From an uncultured Chloroflexia bacterium (GTDB lineage: Bacteria; Chloroflexota; Limnocylindria; Limnocylindrales; CSP1-4), in NCBI GenBank assembly GCA_963746845.1, contig CAVVCZ010000006.1, forward strand, positions 288,001 through 352,000: a DNA stretch of 64,000 nt, read 5' to 3'. This document shows, piece after piece, positions 23,732 through 32,856 of the stretch. Positions within the stretch are counted from its first letter, which is position 1. Every line of letters begins with the position of its first letter. The position numbers were made by a program, and so were the translations under genes. Below the pieces are notes generated by a model. That model saw only the letters and a program-made list of their open reading frames with translations. It had not been told where the DNA came from and did no database searches.

Positions 23732-24256
23732 GTGACCGCGCCACGACGCCGGGCCGCCATCCCTCTCGTCCCGATCCTCGCGATCGCGTTCACCCTGGTC
23801 GCGGCCGGATGTGGTCCCGACGCCGCCCGCGCGACGCCGGCGCCGTCCCGGCCTTCGGCCCCCGACCTGACCCCCGTCCCGGGCGCTCCCGGCACGAATC
23901 CCTCGAACGACGTGCCGACGACCACCACCGACGTCGACGGGTTCGGCCCGATCCGGGATGCGGTTCCGCCGTCCTTCCCGAGGCTCGCCGGACAGGAGCC
24001 GGCCGACACCGGCGCCGGACCGACGAGCGGCGCCTTCGCGGTGAACATGACGGCCGCCGCAGCATCTGCGGCGATGCAGGCGAAGCTGACGACCGCCGGC
24101 TGGAGCGCGGACGTGGGCTCTCCCCTCGAGGACGGCTCGGTCGTGCTCGAGGCGACGGGCGCCCCACCGGGTTGCAAGGCCGAGGTACGCTTCACCCCGA
24201 CGTCCGGCACGACCACCATGTCGGTGCTGTACGGGGCAAGCTGCCCCGCGAGCTGA
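23732..24256 (+). CDS. Putative lipoprotein
   Basis: Signal peptide with LVAAGC lipobox; TAGGAT -10 lies 6 nt before the GTG. Confidence 0.75.
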   Translation: MTAPRRRAAIPLVPILAIAFTLVAAGCGPDAARATPAPSRPSAPDLTPVPGAPGTNPSNDVPTTTTDVDGFGPIRDAVPPSFPRLAGQEPADTGAGPTSGAFAVNMTAAAASAAMQAKLTTAGWSADVGSPLEDGSVVLEATGAPPGCKAEVRFTPTSGTTTMSVLYGASCPAS

Positions 24257-24436
24257 GCGCAGAGGAGACCGGATCGACGCAGGTCAGGACCCGCGATCCC
24301 GCGGGATCACCTCTGACGGCCGCTCGATCCTCGTTCCCGCGACGCACCGGCGTTGACTCCCCCGTAACGAAACGCGAACGGCCGCCGTCCATGCGTCGAC
24401 GACCGGGAGGGGACCGGTCCGATCCGGGGTGATGGC

Positions 24437-24547
24437 GTGCAGCAACGGACCACGCGCTCGAACGATCTCGAGACGGTCGCCTTCGTCGTTCTCCTCTTCG
24501 TGCTCCTTCTCGTGGTGATCCTGACAGTGGGGTCGCCGATCGGCTGA
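24437..24547 (+). CDS. Small single-TM peptide (36 aa), weakly Flp-pilin-like
   Basis: Manual translation VQQRTTRSNDLETVAFVVLLFVLLLVVILTVGSPIG; GGGGTGA RBS. Confidence 0.5.
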   Translation: MQQRTTRSNDLETVAFVVLLFVLLLVVILTVGSPIG

Positions 24548-24570
24548 CGCTCCGTGCGCGCGGCAGGCCC

Positions 24571-24819
24571 TCAGTCGTACAGCCGCTCCAGGTGCCACGT
24601 GCCGGCCAGCCGGTCGTGGTAGACGAGGGCGAGCCAGCGCCGCCCGACGACCTTGCAGTAGTCGCGCTCGATCGGTTCGCGCCACCACGATTCCGCGACC
24701 CGCCAGCTGTTGCAGACCTCGACCGGCTCGCGCTGGCCGTTCCAGGCGATCGCCACGAGCCGGCCGTCCCCGTCCAGCTCGACCCCGATCTCCGGGTGCT
24801 CGCGGAGGAGCCGGGTCAT
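24571..24819 (-). CDS. Small mutasome-associated protein resembling the detached ImuB C-terminal domain (DUF6504-like)
   Basis: WRVAESWWREPIERDY...W.LERLYD; ATGA overlap with the imuB stop. Confidence 0.75.
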   Translation of the reverse strand: MTRLLREHPEIGVELDGDGRLVAIAWNGQREPVEVCNSWRVAESWWREPIERDYCKVVGRRWLALVYHDRLAGTWHLERLYD

Positions 24820-26054
24820 GACCGCCAGCCCCAGCGATGCTCCGCGAGCGGCGCCTCGGGATCCGTGACCGCGACCCGTCGGACCCGATCCTCCCCGAAC
24901 GTCAGCGCCAGGCGCGCGAGCTGCCAGCCGAGCCGGGCCGCCTGGGCGGCCTGCGGCACGAACAGCGGGAGCTGCTGACCGACGGCCGGCTCGACGCCGG
25001 CCAGCTCCAGCTCGATCCGCTCGACCGGTGCCGGCGGCGGCGTCCGCTCCAGCCGGGCGAGCAGCAGGCGCTCGATCGCGTCCGCGTCGGCGGTCGGCTC
25101 GGGGAAGCGCTGCTCGACGATCATCTCCCCGGCCGTGCCGGGCGCCGCGAACGCGAGGTCCAGCGTCAGCCGCAGGTGCGCGCGAGCGGCGGCCATCCCC
25201 CGCGCATCGACCTGGGCGGCGAGCGCGGCCGCGAGCCGATGGAGGACGAACCGGAGCGACTCCGTCTCCGCCACGGGCGGGTCGATGGGGAGCGACAGGG
25301 TCAGCCGCTCCGGCGCACGGCGCGGCCGGAACGGCTCCAGCTCCTCACCGCGGGACCGGGCGTGGAGTCGCTCGCCCTCGTCCCCGAACCGGGCGACGAG
25401 CGCCGACTTCGGCAGCTCCGCGACCGCCCCGATCCGGCGGAGCCCGAACCGGGCCAGGCGGGCCCGGACGTCGGGGTCGGGCGTGAGGAGGACCGACGGG
25501 AGCGGCGCGAGGAAGCCGGCGTCGCCGCCCGGCTCCACGGCCCGGAGGACGCCCGGCTCCGCGTGGCCCGCGGCGACCGTCGCGGCAAAGCGCGTCCCCG
25601 CGATCCCCGGCCGCGGCGCGCCCGGCAGGACGCCGTCCGTGTCCAGCGCCCGGACCAGCCGCTCGACGAGGACCGGCTCGGGGCCCCACAGCCGGTCGAG
25701 CCCATCGGCCTGGAGCTCGATCAGCCCGAAGGCCGGATCGGTCGGGTCGGTCGTGCCGGCGAGCCCCGGGCTGAACCGGGCGAGCGTCTCGAAGGCGGCC
25801 TCGACGGCCGCCGCGTCCGCGTCCGGCTCCGAGTCGAGGAAGGCGGCCTCAGGAGCGAGCCGGTGCGCGCTTCCGAGCGGGATCCCGCGCCGGACGCCGA
25901 GCGCCCGGGCCGCCGGATCCGCGTCGATCACCGTCCCGTCCGTCCACGGCTGCCCGCCGAGAACGACCGGCCGGTCCGTCGGGAACGAGTCGGAGTGGCG
26001 GGACCGCGCCAGCCGGATCGGGAGATGGGGCCAGTAGAGATGGAGGAGTCGCAT
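24816..26054 (-). CDS. imuB: ImuB, inactive Y-family polymerase homolog
   Basis: ARALGVRRGIPLGSAHRLAP, LARFGLRRIGAVAELP..RFG, beta-clamp motif QLPLF, no catalytic acidic triad; ATG at 26054. Confidence 0.88.
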   Translation of the reverse strand: MRLLHLYWPHLPIRLARSRHSDSFPTDRPVVLGGQPWTDGTVIDADPAARALGVRRGIPLGSAHRLAPEAAFLDSEPDADAAAVEAAFETLARFSPGLAGTTDPTDPAFGLIELQADGLDRLWGPEPVLVERLVRALDTDGVLPGAPRPGIAGTRFAATVAAGHAEPGVLRAVEPGGDAGFLAPLPSVLLTPDPDVRARLARFGLRRIGAVAELPKSALVARFGDEGERLHARSRGEELEPFRPRRAPERLTLSLPIDPPVAETESLRFVLHRLAAALAAQVDARGMAAARAHLRLTLDLAFAAPGTAGEMIVEQRFPEPTADADAIERLLLARLERTPPPAPVERIELELAGVEPAVGQQLPLFVPQAAQAARLGWQLARLALTFGEDRVRRVAVTDPEAPLAEHRWGWRS

Positions 26055-26970
26055 CGGTCGGGATCCGTGGGTCGAGGATGCCGGTGGGGGCGGCAAGGGG
26101 GACGACGATGGCGGGTCTCGCCCCGTCGTCGCGGAGGAGGTCCGGGCGGCGGAGGCACCGATCCCGCTCGCCGCCCTCGGCGTAGAGGATCCGGAGCTCC
26201 GCCCGTCTGCCCGGCGGCCCGTAGCGACTGCGGGCCACGAGCGCCTCGGTCCGCTGGCCGACGACGTCGCGGCCGAGCCGGATCCAGCTCGTTCGGCTGA
26301 GCTCGAGCCGGAGCCCGGTCGATTCGGCGACGGCGGTCGCGAGACCGGCGGTCAGGCCCGGCGGCTCGAGGGCGACGAGGAGCGTCTCGGCGCGTCTCGC
26401 CAGTGCCGCCAGCCGTCGCAGGCGGTCGGCGACCTTCGCCGGCGTCGTGCCCGCGTTCGGGCGCGGCGGCAGGTCGATGACGAGGACGTCGACCGATCGC
26501 GCGGCGAGGAGCATCCCGGCGATCGACAGACCCTCGTCGACGGTCTCCGGCGTCAGCACGACGAGCCAGTCCAGCCGGACGCCGCGGGCGGCGGCCTCGA
26601 CCGGGTCGAGCGCGCGGGCGAGATCGAGCCAGGCGACGATCGCGCCATCGGCCTGGGCCTCGGCGACGAGCCGGAGGGCGAGGGTCGTGGCGCCGGAGCT
26701 CGGCGCGCCGCGCAGCGCCACGCTCGCGCTCCGCGGCAGCCCGCCCGGCCCGACGATCGCGTCGAGGTCCGGGAAGCCGGTCCGGACGATCCGCTCGACG
26801 CCAGTTCGCGGCTCGCCCGCGGGAGCTGGAGCGAGCTCGGATGGGTCGTCGGGCGGATCGACCGGGAGCGGCGCCGTGGCCAGCGCTCCGATCACCCGCG
26901 GAGCTGCGGCACCCCACCGCGTCTGGAGAGACGCCAAAGCCGCCGAGACGTCCGGGGAGAGGCTGGCCAT
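25849..26970 (-). CDS. imuA: ImuA, RecA-like mutasome protein
   Basis: TGFPDLDAIVGPGGLPR, degenerate Walker A GAPSSGATT, AWLD..LDP.AAARGV. Confidence 0.85.
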   Translation of the reverse strand: MASLSPDVSAALASLQTRWGAAAPRVIGALATAPLPVDPPDDPSELAPAPAGEPRTGVERIVRTGFPDLDAIVGPGGLPRSASVALRGAPSSGATTLALRLVAEAQADGAIVAWLDLARALDPVEAAARGVRLDWLVVLTPETVDEGLSIAGMLLAARSVDVLVIDLPPRPNAGTTPAKVADRLRRLAALARRAETLLVALEPPGLTAGLATAVAESTGLRLELSRTSWIRLGRDVVGQRTEALVARSRYGPPGRRAELRILYAEGGERDRCLRRPDLLRDDGARPAIVVPLAAPTGILDPRIPTDATPPSLLAPSPDPAGAVPPLRLVPDGPAGRSRRAAVDGRDGDRRGSGGPGARRPARDPARKRAPARS

Positions 26971-26979
26971 CGGACGTCA

Positions 26980-27008
26980 AGATTAGAACAAACGTTCTGT
27001 ACCGTCAA
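26980..27008 (-). promoter_or_regulatory. imuA promoter with a LexA box in the spacer
   Basis: TTGACG-17 nt-TAATCT; GAACaaacGTTC at 26986-26997. Confidence 0.9.
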
Positions 27009-27022
27009 TCAGATCGTGGCGA

Positions 27023-27184
27023 TTTCTGTCATCGCCCATGGGCAGACCGTTAGGCGGCGAGTCCGGCCTGAATCGGTCGAATCGCAGGCTGTCGTAGCCG
27101 TCAGGGGCTAACGATGCGGCCGGAGATCCCGATTCGGGGCGATGATCCCGCCCCAACGGTCCCGGGGCGGTCATCTGACAGAAA
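27023..27184. other. Long imperfect palindrome (candidate ncRNA or MITE)
   Basis: Nested complementary blocks TTTCTGTCA/TGACAGAAA, ACCGTT/AACGGT, GAATCGG/CCGATTC, TAGCC/GGCTA. Confidence 0.5.
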
Positions 27185-27265
27185 GGCCGCGGGCCGGTCG
27201 AGCCGGTCCCGCTCCCCCGGCCACTGTCACCCGGGCGTCATCGCGAGGGCCTACGGTCGGCGATC

Positions 27266-28021
27266 ATGCTCGAGATGCAGCCTCCTGCCCTGCCCGATCG
27301 GCCGATCCTCGTCGTCGACGACGACGCGAAGATCGTCCGGCTCGTCCGGACATACCTGGAGCGCGACGGGTTCAGCGTCGTCACGGCCGCGGACGGGCCG
27401 GGTGCCCTCGACGCGATCGAGACCCACCGGCCGGCGCTCGTCGTCCTCGACCTGATGCTGCCGGAGCTCGACGGGCGGGCCGTGATCCGCGCCGTCCGGC
27501 GCGACGAGGAGGCCGGCGCGACGCCGATCCTCGTCCTCTCGGCACGTGGCACGACGATCGACCGGATCGCCGGGCTCGAGGACGGCGCCGACGACTACCT
27601 GCCGAAGCCGTTCTCGCCCGCCGAGCTCGTCGTTCGCGTGAAGGCGATCCTCCGCCGATCGACCGGCGGCGCGACGGCCGCGACCGCCGCTCCGAGCCCG
27701 GGCTCGACCGGCGTCATCCGCCACAACGACCTGACGCTCGACCGGGAGCGCCACGAGGTCACCGTGGGTGGCGCGTCCGTGCAGCTCACGAATGTCGAGT
27801 TCCGCCTCCTCCAGACACTCCTCGAGGCCGACGGCCGCGTCCTCAGCCGCGACCAGCTGCTCGATGCCGTCTGGGGCGCCGACCAGTCCGAGGTCCTCGA
27901 CCGGACGATCGACGTCCACATCCGCCGCCTCCGCGACAAGCTCGGCGACGACGCGGACGCCCCGCGCTACGTCGCGACGGTCCGCGGCGCCGGCTATCGA
28001 TCGGCGCCCGTGACGGCGTGA
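27266..28021 (+). CDS. OmpR-family response regulator
   Basis: ILVVDDD, VLDLMLP, GADDYLPKPF, RTIDVHIRRLRDKL, TVRGAGY. Confidence 0.95.
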   Translation: MLEMQPPALPDRPILVVDDDAKIVRLVRTYLERDGFSVVTAADGPGALDAIETHRPALVVLDLMLPELDGRAVIRAVRRDEEAGATPILVLSARGTTIDRIAGLEDGADDYLPKPFSPAELVVRVKAILRRSTGGATAATAAPSPGSTGVIRHNDLTLDRERHEVTVGGASVQLTNVEFRLLQTLLEADGRVLSRDQLLDAVWGADQSEVLDRTIDVHIRRLRDKLGDDADAPRYVATVRGAGYRSAPVTA

Positions 28022-28022
28022 C

Positions 28023-29087
28023 GTGAGCTCGCGCGGGATCGCCACGCGGATCGCGCTCGCCGCCCTCGCGTCGGCCGCGCTCGGGATCCTGATCGTCGTC
28101 GTCGGCGTGCTCGTCGTCGGCGGCCAGGTCTTCACCGACCTGATGACGCGGGCGGGCGACTCGGCGGCCCACGCCCGGGCGATGTACGACCAGTCCGTGA
28201 CGACCGTCGTGGTCGCCGCGGTGATCGTGGCCGCGATCGCGAGCATCCTCCTGTCCGTCCTGATGGCGCGGATGCTCGTCCGGCCGCTCCGCGAGGTGGG
28301 CGCCGCCGCCCGCCGCATCGCCGACGGCGACTACGCCGCCCGGGTCCCTCGCGAGGGTCCCGAAGAGATCGCCAGCCTCGCCGATTCCTTCAACCAGATG
28401 GCGCACAGCCTCGAGGAGCAGGAACGGATGCGGCGTGACTTCATCGCGAACGCCGCCCACGAGCTGCGCACCCCGCTGACGAACCTGCAGGGCTACCTCG
28501 AGGCGCTGCGGGACGGCGTGATCGTCGCCGACCGGCAGACCTACGAGTCGCTCCACGAGGAGGCCGAGCGGCTCGTCCGGCTGTCCCGCTCGCTCGACGC
28601 CCTGGCCGAGGGTGACGCCGCGTCCTCACCGCCGGAGCTGCAGGCGATCGACCTCGCTGCAACGGTCCGCATGGCGGTCGAGCTGGCGCAGCCGGCGCTG
28701 GACCGGGCCGGTCTGCGGGTGTCGGTCGACGCGCCCGAGACGCTGCCTGCCCGGGCCAATCCGGACCATCTCGCCCAGGTGCTCGCAAACCTGCTCTCGA
28801 ATGCGGTCCGCTACACGCCACGCGGCGGCATGGTCTCCGTTCGCGTCGAACGCCATCCGGACGATCTCCTCGTCTCGATCGCCAACACCGGCGACGCGAT
28901 CCCGCCCGAGGACCTCGACCGCGTCTTCGAGCGCTTCTACCGCGTCGAGAAGTCGCGGGACCGTGCCCGCGGCGGCGCCGGGATCGGGCTGTCGATCGTG
29001 AAGCAGCTGATCGAGTCCGAAGGCGGCCGCGTCGGCGCCGAGTCCGGCGACGGCCAGACGCGCTTCTGGTTCAGCCTGCCGGCCTAA
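28023..29087 (+). CDS. HAMP sensor histidine kinase (BaeS-like)
   Basis: Two TM segments, HAMP, AHELRTPL, NLLSNA, FERFYRV, GAGIGL. Confidence 0.95.
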   Translation: MSSRGIATRIALAALASAALGILIVVVGVLVVGGQVFTDLMTRAGDSAAHARAMYDQSVTTVVVAAVIVAAIASILLSVLMARMLVRPLREVGAAARRIADGDYAARVPREGPEEIASLADSFNQMAHSLEEQERMRRDFIANAAHELRTPLTNLQGYLEALRDGVIVADRQTYESLHEEAERLVRLSRSLDALAEGDAASSPPELQAIDLAATVRMAVELAQPALDRAGLRVSVDAPETLPARANPDHLAQVLANLLSNAVRYTPRGGMVSVRVERHPDDLLVSIANTGDAIPPEDLDRVFERFYRVEKSRDRARGGAGIGLSIVKQLIESEGGRVGAESGDGQTRFWFSLPA

Positions 29088-29986
29088 GGCAGCGCCACCG
29101 CGACCAGACCCGCCGCGATCCCCACGAGGCCGAGCCATTGCGTCGGGCGCAGGCGCTCGCCCCACAGGACAACCGCCACGATCACCGTCACGACCGGGCC
29201 GAACGAGCTCGCGAGCCCGACGATCCAGGTCGGCGCCTGCTCGAGCCCGATCGCGAACGCGACGAGGCCGACGATGTCGAGGATGCCCCCGATCATCGCC
29301 ACCGCGATGCCGGTCCGGAGCGAGATCGGACGTCGGTCGGCCGCGTGCGCGAGGAGCGGCGCTGCGGCCCCCGGTCGCCGTCCGAGCACGACCGCCAGGA
29401 TGACCCAGACGGTGGTCGCGTTGGCCAGCCGCGCGGCGAGCAGCACGGGGAGCCAGCCGGACGTGCGGATCGGGCCCGCCATGACGATCGTCAGACCCGC
29501 GAAGCAGATCAGCGCGACGATCGAGAAGAGCACCCCGCGGCCGACGATCCGCGTGCCGCGCCATCCGCCGTCGAAGATCAACCCGGTCAGGATGACGCCG
29601 GCCGTGCCGATCGCCGCCCCGGCGGCCTGGACCGGCGTCAGCGTCTCGCCCCGGAGGACGACCGCCAGGAGGACCGTCAGGCCGCCGTAGGCGGCCACGA
29701 CCGGGCTGACGACCGACACCGGCCCGATCCGGAGGGCGGTGAAGAACGCGATGTAGGCAGCCGCGGCGATCATCCCGCTCACGATGGCGACCAGGGTGTC
29801 CGCGGGTGTCGCGGGCAGGCCCGTCGTCCGCACGACGCACAGGACGAGCACGGCGGTGAGGCTCGTGAGCTGGACGATCGCCGCGACGTGGATGCTCCCG
29901 AGACGCCGTCCGGCATAGGCCGCCGACACGTCGACCGATCCCCAGCAGAGGGCGGCAACCAGCCCGAGGGCGAGTCCGATCGACAT
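29084..29986 (-). CDS. EamA/DMT family transporter
   Basis: Two 5-TM repeats ending in LRGETL and LWGERL. Confidence 0.9.
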   Translation of the reverse strand: MSIGLALGLVAALCWGSVDVSAAYAGRRLGSIHVAAIVQLTSLTAVLVLCVVRTTGLPATPADTLVAIVSGMIAAAAYIAFFTALRIGPVSVVSPVVAAYGGLTVLLAVVLRGETLTPVQAAGAAIGTAGVILTGLIFDGGWRGTRIVGRGVLFSIVALICFAGLTIVMAGPIRTSGWLPVLLAARLANATTVWVILAVVLGRRPGAAAPLLAHAADRRPISLRTGIAVAMIGGILDIVGLVAFAIGLEQAPTWIVGLASSFGPVVTVIVAVVLWGERLRPTQWLGLVGIAAGLVAVALP

Positions 29987-30088
29987 CGGCGGAGGGTACC
30001 GGGCGGCCGGAGGCCGCGAGACCCCGTGCTACACTTCGGGACCCGTCGGCCGCCGCCGCATGCCGGTGCGCACCGCCCGCACGGCCGT

Positions 30089-30164
30089 GGGGATGTAGCT
30101 CAGCTGGGAGAGCACCGCGTTCGCATCGCGGGGGTCAGGGGTTCGAGTCCCCTCATCTCCACCA
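30089..30164 (+). tRNA. tRNA-Ala (CGC)
   Basis: GGGGATG acceptor with G3-U70, ccgcg-TT CGC AT-cgcgg anticodon arm, GGTTCGAGTCC, encoded CCA. Confidence 0.97.
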
Positions 30165-30231
30165 CCCACTCGCCCTTCCCCGGTTGCGCGCGCGCCCCGG
30201 CAGGCTGCGCCCCGGACACCCCGGCACGCAG

Positions 30232-30264
30232 ACGAACGGGCGGGCTCGAAGGCCCGCCGTTCGT
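30232..30264. terminator. Hairpin downstream of tRNA-Ala
   Basis: acgaacgggcgggc-tcgaag-gcccgccgttcgt. Confidence 0.55.
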
Positions 30265-30474
30265 GGCGCCGGTGGGACGCGTCCCCCGCGTCCCGGGTGA
30301 GTCAGCCGAGCACGTAGCGCAGCTGTGGCGTGTGCTGGACCGTGGTGGCCTTCTCGAGGATTTCCCATCGCCACGCTCGCGGGCGGTGGCGGTCCCGTTG
30401 ATCTGACATCCGTGTTGTAGGACCCGCCCGTCAGCCGCGACGTGTGCCGTTCGGCCCGAAGGGTCGGGACCTCC

Positions 30475-30490
30475 AGGGCCGACCGGCCCG
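30475..30490. promoter_or_regulatory. OsdR/DosR-like palindromic site
   Basis: AGGGCCGACCGGCCCG; related copies at 30443-30458, 32892-32907, 34287-34302, 36609-36624 and 12935-12950. Confidence 0.6.
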
Positions 30491-30608
30491 TCTTCGGCGC
30501 ACGATCTCCCGTGATGGGCCTCATGCACCGTCACGACGGGCCGCACGGCACTGTCCCACCGGGTGCCGGAGGGCGGATGGTCGACACGCCAGGAACTGGA
30601 GGTGCGCC

Positions 30609-31091
30609 ATGACGGCGATGACCATCGACGGCCGGACCGTGATCCGGTCCTTCGTCGAACATGAGCACGAGGAGCTCGCGGCCGGCATCGACCGCATCCA
30701 CGAGGTGGCCTGGGACCTGCCACTCCTGCCCGTCGGCCAGCAGTCAGCCCGGATCGCGGGCGTGCTGCACTGGGTCGAGGAGACCCTGAGGCCGCACATG
30801 GCCTGGGAGGAGGCCTGGCTGTTCCCGCAGATCGACGCCCGGGCACGGACGCCGTGGGCGACCCGGATGGCCCGCTTCGACCACCGCCAGATCTCGGATC
30901 AGGCCGAACGGCTCGCGAGTCATCGCCACCACCTCGACCACGGGCCGTCCGCCGAGACGCTCGTCGAGATCCGGTGCGACCTCTTCGGCCTCGAGGCGCT
31001 GCTCCGCGCGAGCCTCGAGCGTGAGGAGAGCGTCCTGTTGCCGGTCCTGGAATCGGAGGCCGAGCGATGGACACCGGAGTGGCGCGACTGA
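30609..31091 (+). CDS. Hemerythrin domain protein
   Basis: EHEHEEL, PHMAWEEAWLFP, FDHRQI, LEREESVLLP (HHE pattern; last His replaced by Ser); GGAGG RBS. Confidence 0.85.
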   Translation: MTAMTIDGRTVIRSFVEHEHEELAAGIDRIHEVAWDLPLLPVGQQSARIAGVLHWVEETLRPHMAWEEAWLFPQIDARARTPWATRMARFDHRQISDQAERLASHRHHLDHGPSAETLVEIRCDLFGLEALLRASLEREESVLLPVLESEAERWTPEWRD

Positions 31092-31807
31092 TTCGCGACG
31101 GCGCGACCGGCCCGGCCGACGACGCCACGCCGGCCGCGAGCCTCAGCGCCGCGGATTCCGCCCCGAGGCTCCAGCGCTGGGGGTTCCTGGCCCAGCCGGA
31201 CCTGCCGGATCGCCCGGGTCCGGCGTTCCTCCTCGTCGCGCTCCGGCCCGGCCCGACCCTCGAGCACTACGACCCGGAGGCCGTCGAGTACTGGGTGACC
31301 GTGGACGGCCACGGCCAGCGACGGACGCTGACCCACGACAGCCCGATGCCGCAGTCCGAGGACTTCGCGTGGGGCCTGATCCGCCTGGTCGACCGCCTCG
31401 GCGTGTCGAACGAGTACCTGACGTTCGGCGGCCATCTCGACGCGGCCGTGGTCGACTCGGTCGTGGTCGTGGCCTTCGCCTCGGGCGTGCCGCTGCTGCG
31501 GCGGGGCGGCCATTCGCAGGGCGTGGACCCGGGTGCGGATGCGGTCGGGGCGTTCTTCGGGCGCCTGATGGTCGCGGTCGACTACCAGCCCGGCTACGAG
31601 GCCGCGCTCGCCGCGGCCGATCCGTTGACCCGATACGCCGCGTTCGTGCGGGACGCCGACGAGCGTCGGCGCCGGCCCGGACGCAGCCCTTCGCTCGACG
31701 ACTCGTACGACCGTCTGATCCGGAGCGAAGCCACCCGGCTCCAGGCGACCGAGCGGAGGCATTGGGAGCTCGCGCGGGCCCTCCTCGCGAGCGCGAACGC
31801 TGCATGA
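31067..31807 (+). CDS. Hypothetical protein
   Basis: Host-like codon usage, fills the gap between hemerythrin and USP; no family recognised. Confidence 0.7.
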   Translation: MDTGVARLIRDGATGPADDATPAASLSAADSAPRLQRWGFLAQPDLPDRPGPAFLLVALRPGPTLEHYDPEAVEYWVTVDGHGQRRTLTHDSPMPQSEDFAWGLIRLVDRLGVSNEYLTFGGHLDAAVVDSVVVVAFASGVPLLRRGGHSQGVDPGADAVGAFFGRLMVAVDYQPGYEAALAAADPLTRYAAFVRDADERRRRPGRSPSLDDSYDRLIRSEATRLQATERRHWELARALLASANAA

Positions 31808-31836
31808 CACATGCGGCATCGAAAGGAGCACCTGCC

Positions 31837-32238
31837 ATGAAGAAGATCCTCGTCGCGTATGACGGAGGCGAACCAGCTCATCGGGCCCTGGAGACCGCGA
31901 TCGAGCTGACGAAGAAGTTCGGGGGCGAACTGTCCGTCGTGAGCGTCGTCCCCTACTACCCGGGCCGTGCCGGCACCGACCCGTGGGACGACCGGCCGAC
32001 CCATGACCGCCAGCTGGCCGAGGCCCGCGACCTCCTCGCGAGCCAGGGCGTGACGGCCGAGATGATCGAGCCCGCCGGGGATCCGGCCGTGACGATCGAG
32101 CGGATCGCCGACCAGGGCGGGTTCGACACGGTGATCGTCGGATCGCGCGGCCTGGACGCGGTGTCACGGTTCCTGCGTGGCAGCGTCTCCGAGCATGTCG
32201 CGGTCCACGCCCGGGCGACGGTGATCGTCGCTCGCTGA
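31837..32238 (+). CDS. Universal stress protein (UspA family)
   Basis: KKILVAYDG, GDPA, IVGSRG..GSVSEHVA..ATVIVAR; GAAAGGAG RBS. Confidence 0.93.
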   Translation: MKKILVAYDGGEPAHRALETAIELTKKFGGELSVVSVVPYYPGRAGTDPWDDRPTHDRQLAEARDLLASQGVTAEMIEPAGDPAVTIERIADQGGFDTVIVGSRGLDAVSRFLRGSVSEHVAVHARATVIVAR

Positions 32239-32334
32239 GCGCGCTCGGGGCAGCGCGCTGGTCCGGCGCCGGCACGTGAGGGGGGTGCCCGGCGCCGGCC
32301 AATTCCTGCGGGGAGGGCCGCCCGGCGAGCGACG

Positions 32335-32856
32335 TCAGGCCGCGAAGGGGACCGTTGCGCGGACGTCGAGGATCACGTCGACAATCCCGCCGTCGCCCCG
32401 TCCGAATGTGACCGGGCGGCCGGTCGAGCGGATCAGCCCGATGACCGCGCCGTTCGACCAGCGCATCGACGCGCTCAGCCGGGTGTAGCCGTGTCCGCGC
32501 GCCCAGGCGATCGCCCGCTCGAGCAGCTCCCGGCCGATCCCGTGCCGCTGCCAGCGATCCGCGACGGCGATCGCCATCTCGACCGTCTCGTCGTCGACCG
32601 GCTCCAGGCAGATGTGGCCGACGATCACGGTCCGGCCGCTCTCATCGGCGGACTCCGCGACGAGCCCCTCGCGATGCCGGTGATCCGGGCCGCAGAAGAG
32701 GCGCGCCGCTCGCTCGCCGATCCCCGGCGTCGCGCCGAGGAACCGGGCCTCGAGGGCGTCCGTCGACAGGCCGGCGTAGAACGCGGTCAAGGCGGGCCGA
32801 TCGCTCGGGGCGATCCGTCGCACGGGGCAGCCGGTGGAATCGGTCCGGGGCCTCAT
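32335..32856 (-). CDS. GNAT N-acetyltransferase (protein lysine acetylase-like GNAT domain)
   Basis: FYAGLS...RF, EMAIAVADRWQRHGIGRELL. Confidence 0.85.
   Translation of the reverse strand: MRPRTDSTGCPVRRIAPSDRPALTAFYAGLSTDALEARFLGATPGIGERAARLFCGPDHRHREGLVAESADESGRTVIVGHICLEPVDDETVEMAIAVADRWQRHGIGRELLERAIAWARGHGYTRLSASMRWSNGAVIGLIRSTGRPVTFGRGDGGIVDVILDVRATVPFAA

Noticed and set aside
27060-27160. Fluoride or c-di-AMP riboswitch (GGCGATGA.., CCGTCAG..GCTAAC fragments)
   Set aside because: Only short partial matches, with the other consensus elements missing; better explained by the long rod structure.
30399-30413. FNR box upstream of hemerythrin (TTGATctgacATCCG)
   Set aside because: Wrong spacing and a poor second half-site relative to TTGAT-N4-ATCAA.
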